In this document: piece after piece, positions 13,448 to 25,680 of the stretch | Numbering within the stretch: position 1 is the first letter of the stretch | Layout of the letters: each line of letters starts with the position of its first letter | Assembly (NCBI GenBank): GCA_036785375.1 | Contig: JAWMAR010000463.1 | Coordinates: 992,001-1,056,000, forward strand | Length of the DNA stretch: 64,000 nt | Direction of reading: 5' to 3' | From: Leucoraja ocellata | Lineage: Eukaryota | Program-made: the position numbers and the translations under genes | Notes under the pieces: model-generated | Databases searched by the model: none | What the model was told of the DNA's origin: nothing | Seen by the model: the letters and a program-made list of their open reading frames with translations, nothing else

Positions 13448-14785
13448 CAACATTATTGGACTTGACAGGGTAGATCAAAAACAATAACTGTGATGGCTAG
13501 AAGACTGAAGTAAAAAAACAGAAGCACTGGAACTACTCTTCAGGTCAAGCTGCACCAGTAGAAGTGAATAAACTTTTTTTTTAAATGCCGGATTATCAAA
13601 AGAGAAGTTGCTGGTAATCTAAAATTAAAATAGAACACTTGAATATCTGTGGTGAGAGAAATGCTGAGTACATGTTACAGATAGTGTGATGCAGGGTTGG
13701 TATTTCACCTGGCTGGGGTGAGTAGAATAGTCTCAAAGTAAGGGTTCATCTTTGGGAGTTAGATTTGAATAAATTCTTTCTCTGCAAGAGAACTAAATCC
13801 TTGATATTCTGTACGTACAAGGGCTATACGCTCAGTCACTGCATATTTTTAAGACCAAGATAGACTGATAATTAGATATCAGGAAATCAATAAGTATTGA
13901 TGGAAGAACATGTTAATGGAAGAACATGGTATGGAAAGTAGAGGTCTAGCCTATGCAGTCTCTCCTTGTGTGATAGACATGCTCTCCCAGGAATCTTCTT
14001 GTGTACCTTCACTACAGTTCCTAAACTAATAAATCCTTTAGAAAAGAAGGCCTGAGTTTTTCACCGTGCTCCAGTTGCCTTAATTGAAAGGTGGATATAT
14101 AAAAGCCTGCAGATGTTGGACTTTGGAGCAAAAAAACAAACTGCTAGAGAATCTCAAAAGCCCTGCCAGCATCTGAAGAGGGAAATTGACCCTCGTTGTT
14201 GGTCATGATTCTTCACATATATTGAAAGAGTAGAAAGGCGATAGCCTGTATAAAGAGGTGGCAGGGAGAGGTGACACATGAGCTGGCAAGCAATAAGTGC
14301 ATTCAGATGTGGAAGGGTTGATTGGCTGATGGAGTAAGGTAGGAGTGGTGGAGATGGTGACAGGAGCTGGGAGGAGATGTGGAGAACCAGATAAGAACCA
14401 AATAAGGGAGAGATGGTAGGCCAATGGGAACAGTAGGAGAAGGTATAATGGTCATGGTGGGAGGATTTTGTATGATTGGCAGGTGGGGCAGGAGAACAAA
14501 ACTGGGTTGGCTTGGTTGGAAAAAGGGTGCGTGTGAGTGTGCACATGTGCATGTGGGTGTGTGAGAGGAACTGGATAGGTATGATGGAGAGAAAAGAGGA
14601 CGAGGGGATAAAGATGACCTGTAATTAGAAAATTCAATATTCAAGCTGTTGGGTTGTAGAGTACCCAGGTGGAATATAAGGCGCTGTTTCTCTAGTATGT
14701 GGTTGGCCTAACCATGGCAGAGGGACAGACAAGACAGAAATGTCAGTGTGGGAATGGGAAGAGGAATTCAAATGGTTAGCAATGG

Positions 14786-15229
14786 CAGGGAGATGAAGAG
14801 AGGCCCTAAGCTGTTTAACTTGTGAGGCCCCCTCCGCGTTGGTTTTCAGCGCTGGCGGCGAGGCAGCGACCAGACAGCCATGGCGGCCGATGATGTGCTG
14901 GACGTGGTTGTGAGCATGTGCAGGGGGAGGACGTGCAGGCCGCAGCAATGCGCATGTGCAATGCGGTCTGCCGTGCCGGCGGATGAGGAGTGAGCGGAGC
15001 CCGGCGGCCCGGACACGGATAGCGGGGGGAGATGGAGAGGGAGAGATAGAGAGGGGGGCCCGCCCAGAGTTGAACGGTAGGTGTCCTGCCTTGGCTGGAG
15101 GCCCCCTAGATTTCGAGGCCCTAGGCTTCAGGCTATGAAGCCTAGTGGTAAATCCGGCTCTGCGAGGCCCCCCTAGACCTCGAGGCCCTAAGCTTAAGCT
15201 TGTCTAGCTTATAGGTAAATCCGGCCCTG
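14786..15229. mobile_element. hAT-like non-autonomous element inserted in a Penelope fragment
   Basis: 8-bp TSD AGCAATGG at 14778-14785 and 15230-15237. Termini CAGGG...GGTAAATCCGGCCCTG. Confidence 0.8.
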
Positions 15230-15959
15230 AGCAATGGGGAGCTCCAAGAGGCATAGTGGGTAGAGCGCAAGTGCTTGGCAAAGTGGTCACTTACTTTATA
15301 CTAGCTTTCAAGGTTTGGTTAAAATTGCGGCTTGCATGCCATCATGTATGAGACCTAAGATTGAGACGATTTTCTGAGGACATGCAAATTTGAGAAAGAT
15401 GCAGTTCTTCCCACCTGTTGACAGCCCACACATACAAATGAGTGTTTGGGAGATTAGCAGGGTGGATGGGGATGGATTTGACAGCTGCTGCGGGGCCGCA
15501 TACATCTTATGCTAGGTGGGAGTGGGCCATTTTTACATCCCTTTACTCACCATTCCAACCCCAAGCTTCAACAATTAATGACTGAGTTGAGCAAGTAGAG
15601 CTGAGAGAGCTCAGTCTCACTCACTTGCTCACACCAGCTGGCAGCTGTTCCTCCCACGCCTCCTGGCTCCCCCATCATAATGGTTTCCCTTATCCTCTCC
15701 CACTCTTTGTGTTTGTTTATTTCCGACACAACTCACATTGTGATTCAGAGAGTAACAGAGAAGATAGTTGAGGAAGACAATTCCATGCCATTTGGATTTA
15801 TCCACTTCTTGAAGATGTCACAATTATGGCATTTGTATAGTAATCAATTGTTTACATACTGCAGTGCGAAGATCCAAACCAGTTAACTAAGCGGGTGGTT
15901 GTGTCACAACCCACAATCTTTTGATTTTACAGTTGTATAGTTATTATTGAACAGGACGT

Positions 15960-16548
15960 CTGGAACAAATGTTCTGCCAAGAGGATCTGTGATTTGTCTA
16001 CCTTTTGTTATTTATATCAATGATTTGGATGAGATTGCAAGTAACGGGGTTAGTAAATTTATGCATGACACTAAAATTGGTGGTGCAGTAGATAGTGAAG
16101 ACGATTATCAAAGATTACAATGGGATCTTGATTAAGTGGGTCGCTGGGGTGAGGAGTGACAAGAGTTTAATTCCGATAAATACAAAGGTATTTGGTAAGA
16201 CAAACCAGAGCAGGACCTGCACAGTAAATAATATGGACCTGAGCAATGTTTATGGTTGCAGGTACATAGTTCCATGAATATGGCGACACAGTTAGACAGG
16301 ATGAAGTGGAAGGCATTTGGCATGCTTGCCTTCATCCGTCAGAGTATTGTGTATAAATTTCTGGCATCAAATTGCATCTCTACAAAGCATTGATAAAGTC
16401 ACATTTGGAGTAATGAAAATCCGTTCTGGTTGCCTTGCTACAGGAAGGATGTCAATAAACTGGAAAGGGTGAAATAAATATTTACAGGGATGTTACTGGG
16501 TCTGGAGGGTTTGAGTTATAAAGATAGGCTGGGACTTTTTTCCCTGAG
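15960..16548 (+). mobile_element. CR1 LINE reverse-transcriptase fragment
   Basis: Encodes FVIYINDLDE...SKFMHDTKIGGAVDSEDDYQRLQWDLD. Confidence 0.85.
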
Positions 16549-16591
16549 CATTATTCTGATAGTATGAAATAAATGTATATTACATTCTCTA

Positions 16592-16683
16592 CATACAGTC
16601 TGAAGAAGGGTTTCGGCCCGAAACGTTGCCTATTTCCTTCGTTCCATAGATGCTGTGTTTCTCCAGCATTTTTGTGTACCTTG
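16592..16683 (+). mobile_element. Penelope-derived short element with hammerhead-like core
   Basis: CTGAAGA-A-GGG-TTTCGG-CCC-GAAA-CGTT starts at 16600. Flanking duplication CATTCTCTA. Confidence 0.75.
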
Positions 16684-18226
16684 CATTCTCTAATCCATGG
16701 ACCATGTTTCCTTATTCAAATTAATGTTCATGTCATTGAGAGATAAATAATCTAGTTCATCAGCATAGGAGCAGAAATCAATTACTGATCATTTATAGTC
16801 TTCATGCCTTCCTGGCTGAAGTTGAGAGCTGAAAATATATTGTTATAGTCACTGGTAGCCTCTGCTGTTGCACCATCTTGACAACATGGATATACCTGAT
16901 TTCTAAGATCTGTTAACTAAGCACATGTATGTTGTAGTTATGTGATTGATTACACTGTCACATTTCCTCAGTAGTGAGAGTTACTCAGCTGGGCTGCAAG
17001 ATGTGCTGAGAATGGTGATTACAATCATTCAACATACTTTTCGTTAGCTTTCTGCTTTGCTCCTCCAGATGGCAGGTTGTTCTGCCAGCTCTCTGTTTGA
17101 GTATTAATGTTTCCTGTTGATGATTGCTGACTGACTCTGGGCCCTCTAACAGCTATGGCGGCAGGGTTTTCTTTTAGAAGAGGCACTTCAAACATTAATT
17201 TTATATACTCTACATTAACACTGCACATTATTGTCCACTTGTTTTCATTACGTTTGTCTTATTCCTTTCTTACTTGTGTTCTCAGAATTTCATGGCAGTC
17301 CAGTTTAGCGATATCCACAGATAGATCTCCTTCACATGGCATTCCTCTCTTCCTCCACACAACTACCGCCTAGCTAAGTGCAAATCCCAGTTGGGTTTAT
17401 TGTCATGCAATCTGAAGTCCCAGACCTGTACCTTTTAACCCCTTAGTAGCTGGTTGTTAATGTTCTGTACCCTATTTCAGGGGAGGCCTGATCAGCCAGT
17501 ATTTTTCACAGACTCTGTTAAACTGATTCATCTAGCTCCACGAAGTAAAGAAAGAATACATTTGGTTGATATTATTTTGGGACCATGGAGTTTCAGCATT
17601 AATTTATCCCTATCGTGCAACCTAGTTCTAAATGAAGGTGCTGCTTCAAACCAAGGCCTAGTTTCTACACAGTATTGAATAAAGGCTGCAAGCCTGAACT
17701 GAGGTGGATTCATTGGAAAACAGCCCATCCCTGCAGTTCTGAGTTTACGATTGAAAGTAGAATTTTTACGATCGTTTTAAGAACATACTTTTACTGTTTT
17801 CAAATCTGTTCTTCTGAACGAGTTGTCAATATGAAAATTTGGAACTGCAGAAATTGTACTGGTTATGGGTCTCCTACTTGTGGCAACATTCTCTGGACCT
17901 GCTTGAGAACATGAGAATCACAAAACAAGTATAATGATGCAAGTATGTTTTTATTCCTGTAACATACCCTGATACTAATGTGTTATATAAAACTAGTGAT
18001 TAAAGTTGCATCACCTCCAGATGAAGGAGACTGCCTAACATCAAGTATTGTATATATTTGGATAAGCAGCTGAGAAGAAAATGTATTGAATGTAAAATAT
18101 CCCCATTAGAAAATAAATATTTTAATCGTGGAATTCTGGAATATTTTAACCTCTGATGTTCAGAAGTCTGGGGTGCTGAGATTTCATCTGATGGAGTGAC
18201 AGAATCTCTTCTGTCTTTTTCCTCAG

Positions 18227-18409
18227 GTTTTTCTACTGCTTCCTACTTAAGGGTCCATATTAAAACCCACCATGGTGTCCCTCTTCCCACCTCGCACACT
18301 TCTGACCCTTGTGACAGGCGGTGCAAGCCCCAGACTCAGATCATGATTCACAAGCAAACACAGAGCGGGGAGATGGCTTTTCACTTTGACAGAACACGCT
18401 CGTTACAAG
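18227..18409 (+). CDS. PATZ1: PATZ1 exon 4 equivalent, completing the zinc finger begun in exon 3; predicted GC-AG donor
   Basis: ctttttcctcag acceptor. Encodes GFSTASYLRVHIKTHHGVPLP...MAFHFDRTRSLQ. The 3' boundary is inferred from CAAG|gcaagc, which supplies the phase 1 needed by the last exon. Confidence 0.85.
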
Positions 18410-19590
18410 GCAAGCTAACTGCCATCATTTTTTATATTGTGTGAGTGGGCAGAACCATGCAGAAGTAGTTGAATGACAGAAACCCTGTTGTAAATCCTAA
18501 TTTGACCTGATGTGGTATAACAGTGTTGAAGGAGATGATGTTATCAATTTATTTTCATATTATTAATAACCAATCTTTCCTCTGTTGTGACGAATCACAG
18601 CCATGTAACCCTGAAGTCTTCTGAAAGGTCGACATAACTAATCCCAACTAGTCACAGTTTTTGAAGTCTGCACAAACAAAGAGGTTAAAAAGGACTCAAA
18701 ATTGATTAGCGTTACAATTATTTTGGAAGATGTGCAGGGCTCATTATGTAAAATGTATAACATAATAGCAGGGTGTGGTGGTAGAGGAAGAGGAAATTGA
18801 TAAACATTGCTATCTGAGCTCAGACAAAGAGTTCAGTGATTGGAAATCAAAAAAATTGCAGATGCTTGAGATATGAAATGAAAACTAAATGCTGAAAACA
18901 GAAAATCTGGTTGCATTGGAAGAAAGAAACAAAATTAGTGTTTCAGGTCAAAACCCCTTCACCAAATCTGGAATAGTGAGATGACAAATTTTAAAATGCA
19001 GAGGTATGAGAGAGGGATGGATAAGCCAAAGGAAATATCTGATAGAATGAGGCCAAGGTTGCTGTGTTAATGAAGCTATCTATTTCAATTGAGAGCAATT
19101 ATACAAAAAAAAATGAAGTGGCTTCTAAAAGTTCTAAAATGCAGCTTGGCGCTATAGCAGAGAACTGAAGCCAAAAGAAAAATACACAGCAATATCTGGA
19201 GCGAGCGAAAAAAATAACTTGAATTAATATTATGGAAGAATACAGCAGAAGATAGAATATCTCTTTAGTACAATATTGGTCCTGTACTAAATAAACACAA
19301 AGCATAATTTAAATCCCTTTCCTGTGAAAAATCAAAGAAACTAAAAGTTCTTCAGTTCAAAGTTCTCCTCTCCCTGTTCCAGACAGAAGTAATTGCATTT
19401 TGTTGACAATTAAAGTACTTTTCACTACTTTTAGATTTAAGGTCCGGGATGCGTATAACTTTGTATTCACTTCTCAATTATGCCACCCTGATGTATTAGC
19501 TTGTGGAGGTGGGTTTAAGCATGTGCTTGTTTACCAACCATATGTCAAACATTTTCATGATCTTTTACTGTTCTCTGGAAGAAGGGAAAT

Positions 19591-19786
19591 NNNNNNNNNN
19601 NNNNNNNNNNNNNNNNNNNNNNNNNNNNNNNNNNNNNNNNNNNNNNNNNNNNNNNNNNNNNNNNNNNNNNNNNNNNNNNNNNNNNNNNNNNNNNNNNNNN
19701 NNNNNNNNNNNNNNNNNNNNNNNNNNNNNNNNNNNNNNNNNNNNNNNNNNNNNNNNNNNNNNNNNNNNNNNNNNNNNNNNNNNNNN
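19591..19786. other. Assembly gap (196 N) in PATZ1 intron
   Basis: Run of N. Confidence 1.
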
Positions 19787-20789
19787 ACTATCTAAACAGA
19801 CCAGCCAATCTGCAACATAAAAATTATGAAACTATCATCACATGAAACTGTCCTTTGCTGATGACATTTGATGGAATTATGTTATTACATTTTATTATTG
19901 GTGTTAAAAATCATATTTATTTAAGTTGGGTTGTGTCAGGTTATGTTGTTGACGCTCACCAAGGCTTCCTACAGTATATTGGAACAAGTTCTTCAGTAGT
20001 GTTATTTAATGATGACATTTTGATACAAACACTGGAAAATTCAGTGAATCTTATTTCAAAAAGATATCCATTCACAACTGTTACTCCCTTGTTTTATTCA
20101 CATTTTCTGTTTAGTTTAACTATTTTATTAAAATTGCTTTAAATTTTACTATTTGCAATTTTCATTTGAGAGTGAATATAGGAAACATGTTTCCTGGATT
20201 CTGAAATCTATTATATTCATCTCCATTAGATTTTCCTTGTAGATTCCCGAGTTGCTCTGCCAAAAGCACAGATGTGAGTGGTGTCCACTCAGCTTTGTCT
20301 TTAGCTTTGCTCTCCCCTTGTGGCCTCTGCCTTTTATCTTATTTGGGTGTCTGGGTGAAATTGGAAACTTAAAAGTGCCCAATTGTGTGACATTTTGCCA
20401 TCATAATTGCTTATTCTGTTTTCAGAGAGTGCTTGGTTGATGCCCAGTCGGGCTAGTGGTCAAGAGCTTTCTAGGTTCTATCACAAACAAGTACTAGAAA
20501 ATTATTATCCCAAGAAATTCTTATTGTTTAGACCCTACAAGCAAATTCATATCTTGTAGTTCCATTACTTGATTTAAATACTTTGTATTAACAGGTAATT
20601 TGTGTCAATGAATGGAATAGCTTTGATTGGGAAAGAAAATGCTTGAAATGAAGAATGCTTTCCAGTCTATTGTCACATCTGGAAAGTCAGTGCAGTGTAA
20701 TAGTGCAAAGTGGTGGTAGAGCCTTTGATTTATTTGTGAATTTCCTACCATGGCAAGCTGTAACATTTTTGTATTCCATGTTTCTGCAG

Positions 20790-21280
20790 ATGGTGAGATG
20801 GATGGGATGAAGTGCCCGCATCAGGACTCGCAGGATAACTCTGACTCCTTTGGAGATCTCTCAGATATCAGTGACCTCAAGTCTCCCTTGAAACATGACC
20901 AGGATGAGTCCTTTCAGTGTGACCTTAACAATGGAAAAGTTAAAGTCGAATCCAACGCTGAACTATATGCAGAACCGAAGAAGTACACCTGCCCAGACTG
21001 CGGCTCTGTGTTTAAATCCAAGTCCTACCTGAATAAGCATATGTTGAAGGCCCATGTCAAACCCAGCGAGGGACAACTGAATGACTTGTCCACTAGCCTA
21101 AGCTCACCCTTTTCACCCCATCAGAACATGTCTCTCTTGGAGTCATTTGGATTTCAGATTGTGCAGAATGCATTTGGCGCAACTTTGGTAGATCCTGATC
21201 CTGATCCTGGTCCTTGTCCAGATCAAGAACCCAAGCAGAGCACTGATATCTCCGCTGACCAAAAGTCAGATCTTGTTTAG
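20790..21280 (+). CDS. PATZ1: PATZ1 last coding exon with C-terminal zinc finger and stop
   Basis: tttctgcag acceptor. Encodes KCPHQD...SDSFGDLSDISDLKSP...KKYTCPDCGSVFKSKSYLNKHMLKAH...SPFSPHQNMSLLESFGFQIVQNAF. TAG at 21278-21280. Confidence 0.97.
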
Positions 21281-24038
21281 GGGAGGCTCCGCAAAGTACA
21301 AAACATGATCAAAGCTGGGAGGCAGTGATCGGAATGACCACAAGTTTTTTTTAATAAGACATCCAAAACAAAAGAATGTGGCTTGGGGTGGGATGAAACT
21401 TGCAGGCATTGTGGTCTGTACCATCATGGCCATCTGATATTTTATACTTCAGAATATTGCCTTGGGCAAAAGATGATTCCTTGCGCAGTAGGTATCAGTC
21501 CCAAATCTTGGACGCAGCAGGTGTATTTGAACCACATCCAATATGTGAATTGGGGGTTGGCTCCTGTAGCTGAATTTTCCATTTGACTGCTTCTAATCAG
21601 AATATTACAGTGATATACTCCTATGCCAGCTAGTAAGTGTCTGTCCAATGAAATTTGTTCAAAATAAGCTAATTACACGATAATGTCATTTTTCAAATTT
21701 AAAAAGGACATTATGGAATGAATTAGATAAGTTTTAAAATAGTTTTACTAATAAACAGTGATTATTTTTAAAAAGTAATTGTAATTTCAAATCCCAGAAG
21801 GAGCATCACTCGCTGAAGCAATGGATTCTTGTTGGGATCCCCCTTTGCAAAGACTTAGGTGCACAACAAGCAGAATTATTTGAATGCTCTAATCATTGGA
21901 GAGTAAAAAAATCAGAGTCAGCCATGGATTAGCCTGTATAGTAAGAGACGGTCTATTACAAGTTTATTCTCATTGGGCAGCATTTGTGCAGAGAGAAAAA
22001 AAACCGAAGTTAATGTTTTGGTCTGATAAAAGGTATTTATCCGGAGGCTTTAACTCTTTTTTCTGTGTCTGTGGATATTGCCTTATTCATTCAGTGTTTC
22101 CATCATTTCTTGTTTTTATTTCAGATTTTCAACATCTTCAGTATTTTGCTTAAGGATAGTCTACTACAGTTTCTTTATATTTTAAAACTAATTCTCAAAA
22201 TCCAAACATCTCTGGCAGGGTTTTCAACAGATTGCCACGTGTCTGTATCCAATTTGGTATTTGTGGCTAAGTTGTGGAAAAATGTATTTAGATGAGAAGA
22301 GAAAATATTTGTAAATGTATTTACAAGTGCATCCACACAAAAAGCCAGAATTATGCTGACTTAACTACAGAGTATGCTCTCAACTTTTCAAAATGAAAGC
22401 AGTCATTATAGTCATTACTACTGAGGCAGAGAGAACTTGTGATCTTTCACCATCATGCTACAATGATCTAAGGTCCAGGCTTTTAGAAATGTAATCCCTT
22501 TTGAGCATATCAGTGCAAATTTTCACTGAAGTGTTTTAACGCACAAAATCTCTTCGTTCTAATTCAGTTTTTAATGAAACCGTTTTAAATTACCTGAGAT
22601 TTCATTCTTGCGTCATTTTCCTGTGCATTTTTACCACTGTGGTGATCTCTTTTGATACCAGACACCAGCAGGCTGCCAGTCATCTCTTCAGAGTAGTGAA
22701 TGACTGTGAATTTCGAGGGGATGAAAGCATTCTGTTGGAAATGTTATAATAATCAAAGTAATTGGTTAAAAAAAAAAAGAAGCTAGGATGGAAACTAGAG
22801 CTTTCTGTCTCAGTAATGGGAAGCCTGACGTTTGGTAATGCAAACTTTGAAATGTATTGAATAAAAGTGTTTGAGAGGGGAAAAGGATCAATAAACATAA
22901 GTGAGTCTTCAAAGTCCTCGAGAACCAGATTACACCAGATTTTCATTTTGTCACAGATATGACAAATGGAGCTTTAGGAGTTCATTGATAATTTATTGAT
23001 TGACAAAGGGATGAGATTGTGCTAAATGATTTATTAGAAATAATGTGATACTTTGGTAAGAAAGGAAAAATGAAATGAATATAATTGATGCCTCTGTCCT
23101 GAATCTTCTGTAACATGTCTCCAGCCTGTATGGTTTATCTAAAAACTGTTTAAACTCTGAGGCGCCTGTTTGAGTGTACCAGAGCAAAAAGATGCAGTGC
23201 AAAGAAATGACTGTTACTTAGTAACACGATAAAATTAGGTGTTTATTTGGCTAATGTGAGACCATCCATTCTCTTGACAGTAGAATAATAATAAATGGTA
23301 TTAACAGTACAAATTTGGCCTTGCCTTAAAATTAACCTACAAACTGAATTGTTTGGGTGGTATTCATTCTAAAATCCAGTTTGATGGTTCCAAACAGAGG
23401 ATTTGTCATTACGTTATGGAGTTGCTTGTCAGTTGTGTTTAGATTGGCTGCTCATGTATATGGGCAGGAAGGGGAAGAAAGTAAATGTGAATAGTTGGCC
23501 ATAACTAAGTGCTGTTTCCATTTGGCTAAATATGGAGCCTTGAAGCTAACAGTTACAGTAAACGCTGTAGCACCTGAAAGAGGGAGGATTTAGGGCGGTA
23601 AATAATCCTGGGGGAATAAGGGAGCGGGCTCTTTAAGTAGCTCGTGAGGAGAAATCAAGAGATAAAAAATAAAGAAACACAATGTTTACAAAATTGATCA
23701 TTGCAAATATACTTAAGCTGTCTTTCAGTCTCGAACAATTTCTAAAACTGATTGGGCAGAGGGTTCACAGATGGTTTTCGATGCAGGAGACTACTTGTAT
23801 ACTTAAAGAAATCCAGGCCCAAATGTAGTTCCCCATCTGACTGCAGGTATGGCTGAATCTCGATCTTACCTTTTTCATGAGTGTTTCTGTGATTTTATTT
23901 AGATAGGATGAAAATTATTTTGCTATTTTTACTTTCCCATTTAAATTAATATTATAGGAATTAATCTCTACTTTCCCATTTAAATTAATATTATAGTTTA
24001 GTAATATGTGCTTATCTATCCAGTATTGTCTCTGTTTT

Positions 24039-24070
24039 ATGTGTGTGTGTGTGTATAATATATGTATGTA

Positions 24071-24103
<33 letters not shown>

Positions 24104-24106
24104 GTA
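24039..24106. repeat. Compound (TG)n/(TA)n microsatellite
   Basis: Seen directly. Confidence 0.95.
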
Positions 24107-24804
24107 TTTTTATAATTCTTGATGCTTTGTACTGAGGAATTTTCTACTTGGATGTCTCGTGAGTTTGGAACTTCCTCCAGTCAGACATATCACTACAATG
24201 TGTTTAAAAATACATCCTTTTCCTATTTATCAGCTACCTTTAGAGTAGAACTTATATTGTGATCCAGAAATACCTCTAGTTGGAGATGTTATCAAATTAT
24301 TTTTCAGTTGACAGCTTCTTCATCTTGCTGGAAAAGATAAACTTCATCTCTATTAAAGCCATGCCTTGGAGATAAAAGAGCAGGGCACACATAGCTGATT
24401 CATTCCCTTTCTTCTTTGTGTCCAAAACTTAAATGTTATACTTCATTTGTTACTGGATTCAAGATATCTTCATAAAGCTGGAAATAGTTTCCCAATAAAT
24501 GTTAAGTTTAAATTGAGATTTATGTAGTCTGTTTACATTTCAACGGCTAATTTATTGTTTATGTATGTTATTCATTTTATCATGTTTTGAATGAGACTTG
24601 TTCATATTCCAGGTTTGAAGTTACTTGTTAACTGGTAGGCATATCCCCACCTATTGGTATTGTAGGTGAAATAAATTACCTTGCAGCGATCCTGATTATT
24701 TATTCAGTGACCTTTGGAAAATACTTAGGGCTGTTAAATATGGGAAGGAATAAGATGAACTGTATTTCTTCTCCCAACATAGATAAATATCCTACTGACC
24801 TTTA

Positions 24805-25680
24805 GAGTTGTAGAGAGAGGGCAGTATTGAAACAGCCAGCCTAGCTCGTGTTCATCTATCATCCATTTACACTTTTTCTACACTAATCCCATTTTTAAGT
24901 TCTCCCCATGTTCTCATCTACTTCCCCTAGATTCTACCAGGCAGCCTATACATGAGGGGAAATTTATACTGGCTAGATAATCTACCAACCTGCAGGTCTC
25001 TGGGATGTGGGAAGAAACCAGAGGGCCTGCTGGAAAGGTCTGCAGTCATGGAGAATGTGTAAATTCCTCATAGGCAGCACCCAAAATCAGAACTGTTCCT
25101 GGCTCTCCAGTGGCTCTACCAATGACACCAGGTTACTGCCCATTATCTTGATTGTTGTGCAATGATTTTGTTTGAATTCGCTTGTGTGGCCACAGGATTA
25201 AGTTTGGCTGTGTTTTCCACATCACAGCTAAGATCAATGCTGCCACTTGCTGTATAGGTTCACATAGACAAAATTAAGGTGCTGGAGAATTACTGCCGTG
25301 TAAAACTCAGTGCCTTCATGAACAGAGTGGAAAATTATTGACTGAAAAAAACCATGATCCGTTATGAAAGCAGTGAACAGAAATATGTCAGAGGATTGTA
25401 TATATTGTTTAAGAATTTGCTTTAGTTTTGCTTAGTTTGGAGATGCAGCATGGAAACGGGCTCTTCAGCCCACCTAGTCCACGCCAAACATCGATCACCC
25501 ATTCACACAAGCACTATATTATCCCACTTTCTCATCCACTCCTGACACATATATAGGGCAATTTTACAGAGATTAATTAACCTACAAACGCGTACGTCTT
25601 TTGGATGTGGAAGGAAACTGGAGCCCCTGAGAAAACTTAAGTGGTCACAGGGAGAACATTGCAAACTCCACACAGATGGC
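24805..25680 (-). mobile_element. Two degraded V-SINE copies (about 24805-25125 and 25420-25680)
   Basis: Reverse V-domain motifs GGGATGTGGGAAGAAACCAGAG and GGATGTGGAAGGAAACTGGAG. Confidence 0.65.

Noticed and set aside
19400-19820. ORFs of 131 and 105 aa
   Set aside because: Artefacts of translating through the N gap.
23930-23996. 28-bp direct duplication
   Set aside because: Simple local slippage in AT-rich sequence, with no evidence of function.
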